Below are positions 41,216 to 53,775 of a stretch of DNA of 64,000 nucleotides, piece by piece. Where the stretch lies: assembly GCF_054482595.1 (NCBI RefSeq), contig NZ_CM137008.1. One strand, given 5' to 3'. The first letter of the stretch is position 1. Each line of letters opens with the position of its first letter. Under the pieces are notes generated by a model, which made no database searches, was not told the origin of the DNA, and was given only the letters and a program-made list of their open reading frames with translations. The position numbers were made by a program, and so were the translations under genes.

Positions 41216-41275
41216 CCTGTCATTCTGGATTAATTTTCATATTGTCGTTTTTGTGATCGTTATCTCGACATTTAA

Positions 41276-43475
<2,200 letters not shown>

Positions 43476-43484
43476 GGACGGTAT

Positions 43485-43937
43485 ATGACTAACCTGTTTG
43501 TTCGTAGCGGAATTTCTTTTGTCGATCGTAGCGAAGTTTTAACCCATATCGGTAATGAGATGCTCGCCAAAGGTGTGGTTCATGATACCTGGCCACAGGC
43601 ATTAATTGCCAGAGAAGCAGAATTCCCTACCGGGATAATGCTTGAGCAGCACGCCATTGCAATACCGCATTGTGAGGCGATTCATGCTAAGTCGTCAGCC
43701 ATTTATCTGTTAAGGCCAACAAATAAAGTTCATTTTCAGCAAGCGGATGATGATAATGACGTGGCGGTATCGTTGGTTATTGCGTTGATTGTGGAAAATC
43801 CGCAGCAGCAATTGAAACTTTTACGCTGTTTATTTGGCAAGTTACAACAGCCCGATATCGTTGAGACACTAATCACTCTTCCTGAAACTCAGTTAAAGGA
43901 ATACTTCACAAAGTATGTTTTAGATTCAGACGAATAA
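43485..43937 (+). CDS. gatA: PTS galactitol-specific EIIA (150 aa)
   Basis: Operon position and length; PTS EIIA-like. Confidence 0.9.
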   Translation: MTNLFVRSGISFVDRSEVLTHIGNEMLAKGVVHDTWPQALIAREAEFPTGIMLEQHAIAIPHCEAIHAKSSAIYLLRPTNKVHFQQADDDNDVAVSLVIALIVENPQQQLKLLRCLFGKLQQPDIVETLITLPETQLKEYFTKYVLDSDE

Positions 43938-43967
43938 ATCCCTCTGTAACAATAAAAAGGACTATTT

Positions 43968-44252
43968 ATGAAACGCAAGATTATTGTCGCTTGCGGAGGC
44001 GCGGTTGCGACCTCTACGATGGCGGCGGAAGAAATTAAAGAGTTGTGTCAGAGTCATAATATTCCTGTTGAATTAATCCAGTGTCGGGTTAATGAAATAG
44101 AAACCTATATGGATGGCGTGCATTTGATATGCACCACTGCCAAAGTGGAGCGTAGTTTTGGCGATATTCCATTAGTTCACGGCATGCCTTTTGTTTCTGG
44201 TGTCGGTATCGAAGCATTACAAAATAAAATTCTGACTATCTTACAGGGGTGA
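43968..44252 (+). CDS. gatB: PTS galactitol-specific EIIB (94 aa)
   Basis: Small EIIB with Cys near the N-terminus ([11 protein letters not shown]). Confidence 0.9.
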   Translation: MKRKIIVACGGAVATSTMAAEEIKELCQSHNIPVELIQCRVNEIETYMDGVHLICTTAKVERSFGDIPLVHGMPFVSGVGIEALQNKILTILQG

Positions 44253-44255
44253 CCT

Positions 44256-45611
44256 ATGTTTTCAGAAGTCATGCGTTATATTCTCGATCTCGGCCCTACG
44301 GTGATGTTGCCGATTGTCATCATTATTTTTTCTAAAATATTAGGCATGAAGGCAGGCGATTGCTTTAAAGCGGGTCTGCATATCGGGATTGGCTTTGTTG
44401 GCATTGGCCTTGTGATTGGCTTAATGCTGGATTCCATTGGCCCGGCGGCGAAAGCGATGGCGGAAAATTTCGACCTGAATCTGCATGTGGTCGATGTCGG
44501 CTGGCCGGGCTCTTCACCAATGACCTGGGCGTCGCAAATTGCGCTGGTGGCGATTCCGATTGCGATTCTGGTTAACGTGGCGATGTTACTGACCCGTATG
44601 ACGCGGGTGGTAAATGTTGATATCTGGAATATCTGGCATATGACCTTCACCGGCGCGTTGCTGCATCTGGCAACCGGTTCATGGATGATAGGGATGGCGG
44701 GTGTGGTAATTCACGCGGCGTTTGTTTATAAGCTCGGCGACTGGTTTGCCCGCGATACCCGAAATTTCTTTGAGCTGGAAGGCATTGCAATCCCGCACGG
44801 TACGTCGGCGTATATGGGGCCAATTGCGGTGCTGGTCGATGCTATCATCGAGAAAATCCCAGGCGTTAACCGAATTAAATTTAGCGCCGACGATATTCAG
44901 CGCAAATTTGGTCCGTTTGGCGAGCCTGTCACCGTGGGTTTTGTGATGGGGCTGATTATCGGCATCCTCGCGGGTTACGATGTCAAAGGTGTATTGCAGC
45001 TGGCGGTAAAAACGGCGGCAGTGATGCTGCTGATGCCACGGGTGATTAAACCCATCATGGATGGTTTAACGCCCATCGCTAAGCAGGCTCGTAGTCGTTT
45101 ACAGGCGAAGTTCGGCGGTCAGGAGTTCCTGATTGGCCTTGATCCGGCGTTGCTGCTGGGACATACGGCGGTGGTATCGGCAAGCCTGATTTTTATCCCA
45201 CTCACCATTTTAATTGCTGTTTGTGTGCCGGGTAATCAGGTGCTGCCGTTTGGCGATCTTGCCACCATCGGCTTCTTCGTGGCGATGGCGGTCGCCGTGC
45301 ATCGTGGAAATCTGTTCCGCACCTTAATCTCGGGTGTCATCATTATGAGCATCACCCTGTGGATCGCGACGCAAACTATTGGTTTGCACACCCAACTGGC
45401 GGCTAATGCTGGGGCGTTAAAAGCCGGGGGTATGGTGGCTTCAATGGATCAGGGCGGTTCTCCCATTACCTGGTTACTGATTCAGGTTTTCTCCCCGCAA
45501 AATATTCCCGGTTTCATTATTATCGGTGCAATTTATCTGACCGGTATTTTCATGACCTGGCGTAGAGCGCGTGGCTTTATTAAACAAGAGAAAGTCGTTC
45601 TCGCAGAATAA
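44256..45611 (+). CDS. gatC: PTS galactitol-specific EIIC permease (451 aa)
   Basis: Polytopic membrane protein in the gat operon. Confidence 0.9.
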   Translation: MFSEVMRYILDLGPTVMLPIVIIIFSKILGMKAGDCFKAGLHIGIGFVGIGLVIGLMLDSIGPAAKAMAENFDLNLHVVDVGWPGSSPMTWASQIALVAIPIAILVNVAMLLTRMTRVVNVDIWNIWHMTFTGALLHLATGSWMIGMAGVVIHAAFVYKLGDWFARDTRNFFELEGIAIPHGTSAYMGPIAVLVDAIIEKIPGVNRIKFSADDIQRKFGPFGEPVTVGFVMGLIIGILAGYDVKGVLQLAVKTAAVMLLMPRVIKPIMDGLTPIAKQARSRLQAKFGGQEFLIGLDPALLLGHTAVVSASLIFIPLTILIAVCVPGNQVLPFGDLATIGFFVAMAVAVHRGNLFRTLISGVIIMSITLWIATQTIGLHTQLAANAGALKAGGMVASMDQGGSPITWLLIQVFSPQNIPGFIIIGAIYLTGIFMTWRRARGFIKQEKVVLAE

Positions 45612-45659
45612 TTTTTACCTGAGGGGGAGTTTATCCCCCCTTAACAATCAGGAGTTTTT

Positions 45660-46700
45660 ATGAAATCAGTGGTGAATGATACTGATGGTATCGTGCGCGT
45701 TGCAGAAAGCGTCATTCCTGAAATTAAACATCAGGATGAGGTACGGGTAAAAATTGCCAGCTCGGGCTTATGTGGTTCCGATTTACCCAGGATATTTAAA
45801 AATGGTGCACATTATTATCCAATAACGTTAGGCCATGAATTTAGCGGCTATATTGATGCGGTGGGATCCGGTGTTGATGATTTACACCCTGGCGATGCGG
45901 TTGCCTGTGTGCCGTTATTACCCTGTTTTACTTGTCCAGAGTGTTTGAAAGGGTTTTATTCCCAGTGCGCAAAATATGATTTTATTGGCTCGCGGCGTGA
46001 TGGTGGATTTGCTGAATATATTGTCGTTAAGCGAAAAAATGTCTTTGCTCTACCCACGGATATGCCTATTGAGGATGGGGCTTTTATTGAGCCGATTACC
46101 GTTGGACTGCATGCTTTTCATTTAGCGCAAGGTTGTGAGAATAAAAACGTTATTATTATTGGTGCCGGAACCATTGGCCTGCTGGCTATTCAGTGCGCTG
46201 TCGCGCTGGGAGCAAAGAGTGTGACGGCTATCGACATTAGCTCAGAAAAACTGGCACTGGCAAAATCTTTCGGTGCGATGCAAACATTTAACAGTAGCGA
46301 AATGAGCGCGCCGCAAATGCAGAGCGTTTTACGCGAACTGCGCTTTAATCAGCTTATCCTCGAGACGGCTGGCGTACCGCAAACTGTCGAACTGGCGGTA
46401 GAGATTGCCGGTCCTCATGCCCAACTGGCGCTGGTGGGCACGTTGCATCAGGATCTGCATTTAACATCGGCAACGTTTGGCAAAATATTGCGTAAAGAGC
46501 TGACGGTTATCGGCAGTTGGATGAACTACTCCAGCCCTTGGCCGGGGCAGGAGTGGGAAACGGCGAGCCGGTTGCTGACAGAACGTAAGTTAAGCCTGGA
46601 GCCATTAATCGCTCACCGTGGAAGCTTTGAAAGCTTCGCCCAGGCGGTGCGTGACATCGCTCGTAATGCCATGCCGGGCAAAGTGTTGCTCATTCCCTGA
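45660..46700 (+). CDS. gatD: Galactitol-1-phosphate 5-dehydrogenase GatD (346 aa, Zn-dependent MDR family)
   Basis: Zn-ADH-like motifs (GHEFSG; Cys cluster CFTCPEC); Rossmann GAGTIG. Confidence 0.9.
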   Translation: MKSVVNDTDGIVRVAESVIPEIKHQDEVRVKIASSGLCGSDLPRIFKNGAHYYPITLGHEFSGYIDAVGSGVDDLHPGDAVACVPLLPCFTCPECLKGFYSQCAKYDFIGSRRDGGFAEYIVVKRKNVFALPTDMPIEDGAFIEPITVGLHAFHLAQGCENKNVIIIGAGTIGLLAIQCAVALGAKSVTAIDISSEKLALAKSFGAMQTFNSSEMSAPQMQSVLRELRFNQLILETAGVPQTVELAVEIAGPHAQLALVGTLHQDLHLTSATFGKILRKELTVIGSWMNYSSPWPGQEWETASRLLTERKLSLEPLIAHRGSFESFAQAVRDIARNAMPGKVLLIP

Positions 46701-46705
46701 AACCG

Positions 46706-46735
46706 CGGGCCAGCGTGATGCTGGCCCGGTATTGT
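46706..46735 (+). terminator. Hairpin after gatD
   Basis: cgggccagc-gtgat-gctggcccg stem with a weak T-run. Confidence 0.45.
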
Positions 46736-46799
46736 GCAAAACAGATCATTCACCAATGGTCCCCCTTCGTTTACACTAGCTACAATTGAATATGGGTAA

Positions 46800-47579
46800 A
46801 TGACGATGAATTCATTCGAGCGAAGGAATAAGATCATCCAATTAGTGAATGAACAGGGAACCGTGCTTGTTCAGGATCTGGCGGGAGTATTTGCTGCCTC
46901 GGAAGCGACAATCCGTGCCGATTTGCGCTTTCTCGAACAAAAAGGCGTGGTTACGCGCTTTCATGGCGGTGCGGCGAAAATAATGTCCGGTAATAGTGAA
47001 ACCGAGACCCAGGAAGTCGGGTTTAAAGAGCGATTTCAGCTCGCCAGCGCGCCAAAAAACAGAATAGCGCAGGCGGCAGTCAAAATGATCCATGAAGGGA
47101 TGACCGTTATTCTCGACAGCGGAAGTACCACAATGCTTATCGCCGAAGGATTAATGACCGCTAAAAATATCACGGTGATTACCAACAGTCTCCCGGCAGC
47201 GTTTGCCCTTTCCGAAAATAAAGACATTACTCTGGTCGTCTGTGGTGGCACGGTCCGCCATAAAACGCGCTCGATGCATGGTTCCATTGCCGAGCGTTCA
47301 TTGCAGGATATTAATGCCGATTTAATGTTTGTCGGTGCTGATGGTATTGATGCGGTTAATGGTATTACGACCTTTAATGAGGGTTATTCCGTTAGCGGTG
47401 CGATGGTCACAGCCGCTAATAAAGTGATTGCCGTTCTCGATTCATCGAAATTTAACCGTCGCGGTTTTAATCAGGTACTGCCAATCGAAAAAATTGACAT
47501 TATTATTACCGATGATGCTGTATCAGAGGTGGATAAACTGGCATTGCAGAAGACACGGGTGAAATTAATTACGGTGTAG
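46800..47579 (+). CDS. gatR: DeoR-family repressor GatR, uninterrupted (259 aa; alternative start at 46806)
   Basis: N-terminal HTH (RRNKIIQLVNEQGTVLVQDLAGVFAASEATIRADLRFLEQKG) and a DeoR-type C-terminal domain; a single continuous ORF. Confidence 0.85.
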   Translation: MTMNSFERRNKIIQLVNEQGTVLVQDLAGVFAASEATIRADLRFLEQKGVVTRFHGGAAKIMSGNSETETQEVGFKERFQLASAPKNRIAQAAVKMIHEGMTVILDSGSTTMLIAEGLMTAKNITVITNSLPAAFALSENKDITLVVCGGTVRHKTRSMHGSIAERSLQDINADLMFVGADGIDAVNGITTFNEGYSVSGAMVTAANKVIAVLDSSKFNRRGFNQVLPIEKIDIIITDDAVSEVDKLALQKTRVKLITV

Positions 47580-47590
47580 TATTGTTCTGT

Positions 47591-47627
47591 ATGCCGGATA
47601 AGGTATTTACACCGCATCCGGCATTAC
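47591..47627. repeat. REP-like palindrome between convergent gatR and yegS
   Basis: tgccggat-aaggtatttacaccgca-tccggca inverted repeat. Confidence 0.5.
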
Positions 47628-47660
47628 GGATTCTCCCTGGTTCAAGAGAGAATAGTTTGA

Positions 47661-48560
47661 TTAACGCAATAATGGACAATCTGGTGGTAATCGACAACGC
47701 AACGCCGCCGGAAGTATTTCAATATGAAAGTTTTGTCCGCTCAACGGTTCGCCATCAAGATTAAAAGTGATTTCGTGTGGGGCTTGTATATCAAACCACG
47801 ACGAAGCGCCTTCGATAATATTCGGGTTATCTTCGTCAGATTTTAAGGTTGATACGAGAGCCGGAAGAATTTCATCGCCGGTAAAAATGCGCAGTTGCAG
47901 CAAGCCATCGTTAATTAACGCGTTCGGACACAATTGCTGACCGCCACCGGCCTGACGCCCGTTACCAATACCAATGACCAGGGCGTCACCTTGCCAGTGA
48001 AAGTTTTCACCGCGGATTTCACAACGGTCCGGTTGCAGAGTATCCATGCGCATTAAGCCATGAATGATGTAAGAGACGCCACCCAGCGCGGCTTTTAATT
48101 TTTCCGGCGTTTCTGTGGTAATACGCGTCCCAAATCCGCCTGTCGCCATATTAATAAAACAGGTTTGTTTGTTGACCTGCGCCATATCTATCGCAATGGC
48201 GTTACCGGCAATTGCCAGTTTCAGCGCCTTATCCAGTGCCTCAGGAATCCCTACACTGGTGGCAAAATCATTGGCGGTTCCTAATGGCAAAATTCCCAGC
48301 GCGGGTATGTCATCCCCCTCACACTGAATCAACGCCGTAGAAACTTCATTAATGGTGCCATCGCCACCACCGGCAATCACCGTTGCGACGCCCAACTTCC
48401 GGGCCTCCTCTACATATCGTGCGGCATCGCCTTTCTCCCAGGTGACCCGCACATGGATCGTCATTCCTTCCTCACGCAACAGCATAATTGCTTCGCGCAA
48501 GGGTAGATTGTCAGTACTTTTGCCATTAAGAATCAGTAAGCTGGCGGGAAATTCTGCCAT
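47661..48560 (-). CDS. yegS: Lipid kinase YegS (DAGK_cat family, 299 aa)
   Basis: Diacylglycerol-kinase catalytic-domain glycine-rich motifs (GGDGT). Confidence 0.9.
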   Translation of the reverse strand: MAEFPASLLILNGKSTDNLPLREAIMLLREEGMTIHVRVTWEKGDAARYVEEARKLGVATVIAGGGDGTINEVSTALIQCEGDDIPALGILPLGTANDFATSVGIPEALDKALKLAIAGNAIAIDMAQVNKQTCFINMATGGFGTRITTETPEKLKAALGGVSYIIHGLMRMDTLQPDRCEIRGENFHWQGDALVIGIGNGRQAGGGQQLCPNALINDGLLQLRIFTGDEILPALVSTLKSDEDNPNIIEGASSWFDIQAPHEITFNLDGEPLSGQNFHIEILPAALRCRLPPDCPLLR

Positions 48561-48974
48561 GATCGTATGTGCCTTTATGATTGGTCTGTAGATAGTGTAG
48601 AGCAGAAAACAAAAGGTGGAGTCAGAACAGGATGAAAGTCGGAGGATAAAAAGTCAGTTCAAGTATGGAGGATTCAGTGGTTACCACCAGGAGCTTGCAA
48701 TGGGGACAGCGAATACTAACGGCTGCCACCGATAAATTTCAAAAAAGAGCATATGCCTAATATTCAACCAAACAGTGGCATCTTAAATATACTATTCCAA
48801 ATATATTAAAGCCCCCATGGAGTTACCCTGAAGGGCCTCAATGTCCGTAATTCCTACTTATGTAGGAAATGTTGTACAGAACATTTATTATAATCCTATT
48901 CAATTATAATAATCATGCCATTATTATATTTAAACACTAGAGAGTGTCGTTGGTATTTAATGGGGGAAGGTGAG

Positions 48975-49292
48975 ATGAAAAAGATAGCTGCTATATCATT
49001 AATTAGTATTTTTATTATGTCTGGTTGTGCTGTGCATAATGATGAGACAAGTATCGGTAAATTTGGTCTTGCATATAAAAGTAATATTCAGCGTAAACTC
49101 GATAACCAATACTACACCGAAGCCGAAGCTTCTTTAGCCAGGGGCAGAATATCTGGTGCAGAAAATATAGTAAAAAATGATGCAGCCCATTTCTGTGTTA
49201 CTCAGGGCAAAAAAATGCAGATAGTTGACCTGAAGACAGAAGGTGCAGGATTACATGGCGTCGCTCGTCTGACATTCAAATGTGGAGAGTGA
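48975..49292 (+). CDS. yegR: YegR, small predicted lipoprotein (105 aa)
   Basis: ORF trimmed to MKKIAAISLISIFIMSGCAV (lipobox); RBS ggaagg; lies in an AT-rich context. Confidence 0.7.
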   Translation: MKKIAAISLISIFIMSGCAVHNDETSIGKFGLAYKSNIQRKLDNQYYTEAEASLARGRISGAENIVKNDAAHFCVTQGKKMQIVDLKTEGAGLHGVARLTFKCGE

Positions 49293-49450
49293 GAATATTT
49301 TTTGGTAAGCGTCAAACATGCGCGTTCTGGTTGTGCTTAGCCGGAACCTGTGCGAGCACGATGCCGTTACGTGAAAGGCATCGTGCTATGAAGGGAGATT
49401 CTATCGATGTGGTCAATGGAAGACGGTGACCAGGGATAGGGCTTATGCAT

Positions 49451-49537
49451 AAAAAATAAGCCCGTGTAAGGGAGATTACACAGGCTAAGGAGGTGGTTCC
49501 TGGTACAGCTAGCATTTTATGGGTTATGTTTTTCAGC
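49451..49537 (-). ncRNA. cyaR: CyaR (RyeE) small regulatory RNA
   Basis: Minus strand reads GCTGAAAAACATAACCCATAAAATGCTAGCTGTACCAGGAACCACCTCCTTAGCCTGTGTAATCTCCCTTACACGGGCTTATTTTTT, matching recalled CyaR including its terminator. Confidence 0.85.
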
Positions 49538-49621
49538 GAAACGGATGATAACCTTAATAAATGCAGCTGTATGTGATCGGTTTCTAAGAATTTTCCATCC
49601 GGGAAAAATAATCGAAATTAA

Positions 49622-50983
49622 TCACTTACCGTGGGGATTACGCGTGGTTTCCCCGGAGAAATTACGCATCAGCAGCGCGTAATTGAGCTCAAGATCCTGC
49701 GGGACCGGGAGCCACACAGTATAACCATCGCCTGGTGCTATCGGCATAGCTTCGCCTTTGGCGTTTTCCATGTGCTCAAGGGTAAAATTAATGTTGCCTT
49801 GCGGCGTCATCAGCTCAAGGCTGTCGCCAACGGAGAATTTATTTTTCACCGCTACCGCCGCGAGGTCCCCCTTGCGCTCACCGGTAAACTCACCAACAAA
49901 CTGCTGGCGGTCAGAAACTGAATAACCGTATTCGTAGTTCTGATAATCGTCGTGAGTATGACGACGCAGGAAACCTTCGGTATAGCCACGATGCGCCAGA
50001 CCTTCCAGAGTTTCCAGCAGGCTGGTATCGAACGGTTTTCCCGCAGCGGCGTCATCGATAGCTTTGCGGTAAACCTGTGCGGTGCGTGCACAATAGTAGA
50101 AAGATTTGGTACGACCTTCGATTTTCAGCGAATGCACGCCCATTTTGGTCAGGCGTTCTACATGGGCGATGGCGCGCAGATCTTTCGAGTTCATGATGTA
50201 AGTGCCGTGCTCATCTTCAAACGCGGTCATATACTCGCCCGGACGCTGGGCCTCTTCGATCATAAACACTTTGTCGGTTGGTGCGCCGATACCCAGCGTC
50301 GGCTCAACATTTTGCACCGGAATCGGCTCGTACTTGTGTACGATGTTGCCAACGTCATCTTCTTTCCCTTCCTGGACGTTGTACTCCCAGCGGCAGGCGT
50401 TGGTGCAGGTACCCTGGTTCGGATCGCGCTTGTTGATATAGCCAGAGAGCAGGCAGCGACCGGAGTAGGCCATGCACAGCGCACCGTGAACGAAGATCTC
50501 GATCTCCATATCCGGCACCTGATTGCGGATCTCTTCAATCTCTTCCAGCGACAGCTCGCGAGAGAGGATCACGCGGGTCAGGCCCATTTGCTGCCAGAAT
50601 TTCACCGTCGCCCAGTTTACGGCGTTAGCCTGCACCGAGAGGTGGATCGGCATTTCAGGGAAGTGCTCACGCACCAGCATAATCAGCCCTGGATCGGACA
50701 TAATCAGCGCATCCGGCCCCATTTCCACCACCGGTTTCAGGTCACGGATAAAGGTTTTCAGCTTGGCGTTGTGCGGTGCAATGTTGACCACGACATAAAA
50801 CTTTTTCCCCAGCGCGTGGGCTTCATTGATGCCGAGCTGAAGATTTTCGTGGTTGAATTCGTTGTTGCGCACACGCAGGGAGTAACGCGGCTGGCCCGCA
50901 TAAACAGCATCTGCGCCATAAGCGAAAGCGTAACGCATATTTTTCAGCGTTCCCGCCGGGGAAAGGAGTTCCGGTTTAAACAT
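49622..50983 (-). CDS. yegQ: Peptidase U32-family protein YegQ (453 aa)
   Basis: Full-length ORF with U32-family Cys-rich region. Confidence 0.9.
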   Translation of the reverse strand: MFKPELLSPAGTLKNMRYAFAYGADAVYAGQPRYSLRVRNNEFNHENLQLGINEAHALGKKFYVVVNIAPHNAKLKTFIRDLKPVVEMGPDALIMSDPGLIMLVREHFPEMPIHLSVQANAVNWATVKFWQQMGLTRVILSRELSLEEIEEIRNQVPDMEIEIFVHGALCMAYSGRCLLSGYINKRDPNQGTCTNACRWEYNVQEGKEDDVGNIVHKYEPIPVQNVEPTLGIGAPTDKVFMIEEAQRPGEYMTAFEDEHGTYIMNSKDLRAIAHVERLTKMGVHSLKIEGRTKSFYYCARTAQVYRKAIDDAAAGKPFDTSLLETLEGLAHRGYTEGFLRRHTHDDYQNYEYGYSVSDRQQFVGEFTGERKGDLAAVAVKNKFSVGDSLELMTPQGNINFTLEHMENAKGEAMPIAPGDGYTVWLPVPQDLELNYALLMRNFSGETTRNPHGK

Positions 50984-51129
50984 AATTCTCTCGTTCTGAT
51001 GACAGGTCAGATCCGCTTCACCTGATGAAGCGGTTAGGGGAGTGCCCCCACTTTAAGGGCGGGCATTGTAGCGCTGTGGGGGGATCTGGTAAAGCGCCGG
51101 ACGCCAACAACCCACGCCCGGCATCGTAA

Positions 51130-51462
51130 TTACGTATTGTCTTTCACCGTCTGGCTTGTGCCATTGGCTTTAACGGAGGCAATTCCGGTTTCACGAGATT
51201 GCGCGGTGGCGTACATCTGGCTGGAGCCGATAATTTGATGATTAGCGGCTTTCAGATTGAAATAGAATTTGCCGTTACTTGCCGTTTTTTTCTCATAGCG
51301 TTCTTCTTGCGGGCTGTTGCTACGCACCGACGCGATGCCCTTTTCCGCAGAGGCTTTTGAGGTATACAGCTCGCTGGTGAGGATAGTCTCACCATTGCCC
51401 GCTTTTAGCACAAACCGGAACTGATTATCACTGCTCTTACTGAGTTCAAACCAACCAGCCAT
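51130..51462 (-). CDS. yegP: YegP, tandem DUF1508 protein (110 aa)
   Basis: Two internal repeats (FRFVLKAGNGETILTSELYTSKASAEKGIASVRSN and FYFNLKAANHQIIGSSQMYATAQSRETGIASVKAN); ORF trimmed to the ATG at 51462 with an aaggag RBS. Confidence 0.8.
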   Translation of the reverse strand: MAGWFELSKSSDNQFRFVLKAGNGETILTSELYTSKASAEKGIASVRSNSPQEERYEKKTASNGKFYFNLKAANHQIIGSSQMYATAQSRETGIASVKANGTSQTVKDNT

Positions 51463-51652
51463 AATGACTCCTTGATTGAAATTGTGTATCGAAAACAGCA
51501 TCTAAAGGTGCTGTTTACCGATTAAAGTATGAGCGATTTTCTGATGCCTGCCAGGGCGGAGAGATAATGTCAGTTTGCTGACCATGCGTGGGATAATGTT
51601 GCCGGATCGGGTCTGAACGCCATCTCCGGCTAACAAAATAATGTCGCTAAAA

Positions 51653-52375
51653 CTAAACGATGCGGCAGGCGTCGGCTTCCCAGCGGTAACCGACGCCATA
51701 AACGGCGCGGATAAATGACTGTTCGGCGTCGAGAGATTCCAGCTTGCGGCGCAGGTTTTTAATGTGGCTGTCGATGGTGCGGTCGGTTACTACGCGGTAG
51801 TCGTCATAAAGATGATTGAGCAATTGCTCGCGGGAGAACACTTTTCCTGGTTCGTGAGAGAGCGTTTTCAGCAGACGAAATTCCGCAGGCGTCAGGTCAA
51901 GCATTTTACCGCGCCATGAAGCCTGAAAACGACCTTCGTCGATAATCAACGGACTTTCAGCATCCTGTTGCTGCAATTCGCGCTGCGGTTTGCAACGGCG
52001 CAAAATGGTTTTGACGCGCGCTACCACTTCCCGTGGGCTGTACGGCTTGCAGATGTAGTCATCTGCGCCAATCTCCAGCCCCAGCAGGCGGTCGATCTCT
52101 TCGATTTTTGCTGTCACCATCACGATAGGAATGTCAGAAAAACGACGAATTTCCCGGCACAGCGTCAAGCCATCGGTGCCAGGGAGCATCAGATCCAACA
52201 GGATCAGATCCGGTGGTGTCTGGCGCACATACGGCAGTACCTGATCGCCGTGGCTGATAAGCGTCGGCGCATAGCTCGCAGCACGCAGATAATCAATGAG
52301 CAACTGCCCCAGCTTCGGTTCATCTTCCACGATCAAAATACGCGGTGTGTTTTCGTCGATTGGTAACTCGGTCAT
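51653..52375 (-). CDS. baeR: OmpR-family response regulator BaeR (240 aa)
   Basis: Receiver domain ([14 protein letters not shown]...[14 protein letters not shown]) plus winged-helix output; start overlaps the baeS stop. Confidence 0.95.
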
Positions 52376-53775
52376 ACTTCTCTCTGTAAATCCCGTTCCA
52401 GCGGTAACTCTACTGTAATGCTTACCCCGCCAAAAGGCGAATGGGCAGCAATAATGCGGCCATTATGTGCTTCAACAATGTTCAGGCAAATCGCCAGCCC
52501 CAGCCCGGAACCGCCGCTGGCGCGGTTGCGGGAACCTTCGGTGCGATAAAAACGTTCAAACAATTTTTGTAGCTGATCGTCACTGACACCTGGCGCACTG
52601 TCGGCAAAGGTCAGGCGCACCGTTTTGTCGCGCTGCCCGGCAGAGATTTGCAGGCTGCCGCCGCTGTCAGTGTAGCGCAGGCTGTTTTCCAGTAAGTTAT
52701 TGAATAACTGCATTAAACGGTCGCGATCGCCAAATACGGTAATACTGTCTGGCAGGGAAAATTGCAGTTTCAGGCCACGACTGGCGAATCGTTCGCGAAA
52801 TGCGCCGCCCGCCACTTCCAGCAGTGGGATCAAATCTACCGGTGCTTTTTGATAGGCGAGAGCGCCTTCATCAGACATCGACAACTGATGGAGATCGTCA
52901 ACCAGTTTGGTCAGTGTACCGACCTCCGCCTGTAAAGACGCCACCGTCTCCGGCGTGAATTTACGCACGCCATCCTGAATGGCTTCCAGTTCACCGCGCA
53001 GCACCGCTAATGGCGTACGCAGTTCGTGAGAAATATCGGCCATAAAATCGCGCCGCATTTGCTGGTTTTTCTCCAGTGTGCTGGCAAGCTGGTTGAAGTC
53101 TTGCGCCAGTTTGCCCAGTTCATCTTCACTGGTGGGCGTTACGCGGGTAGTGAAATCGCCCGCCGCCAGTTTGTGCGTGCCATCGACAAGTCGTTTTACC
53201 GGTGCCAGTAAACCGCGCGCCAGCAGAAAAGTGGCAAGTGCCGCGAGTAACGTTGCCAGGGCGACAATCAACCAGCTGGTTTGCCGCTGTTGTTTATCGA
53301 AATTGATATCAGTATTGCGCGTTAACCGCTCAACGGGGGAGGCGATCACCGCGCCAACTTCCGCACCGTTGACCAGAATGGGTCGCCGTGTACCGTCAGG
53401 TGGAATCGGCGCTCGCGGACCAACCAGCACTTTGTTGTTTTGATCAACCACCCAGAACTGGGTACGCCAGCCGTGCGGTGGCATACCCGGGCCGGGTTTA
53501 TCTTCCGAATTATCGTGTTCAAATGAACGCAGGATCTGAAAGACAAAGCGATCATTGTTGCGCAGGAAGCGCCAGTTGCCATGCTGCGCATACTGCTCGC
53601 CAAGCGCATCACTTAACAGTTGTAATCGCTGTTCATTACCATGCTTGATGTAATCAATAAAGCCACGCTCAAAACTGATACGCACCGCCCAGTGCATACT
53701 GATCAGCAAGACAATGCAGGTGGCGAAAATCGCCAGAAACAGTTTGCCGGTAATACCAGGTCGCCAGAACTTCAT
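52372..53775 (-). CDS. baeS: Envelope-stress sensor histidine kinase BaeS (467 aa)
   Basis: HAMP, H-box ([14 protein letters not shown]) and HATPase motifs; overlaps the mdtD stop. Confidence 0.95.
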
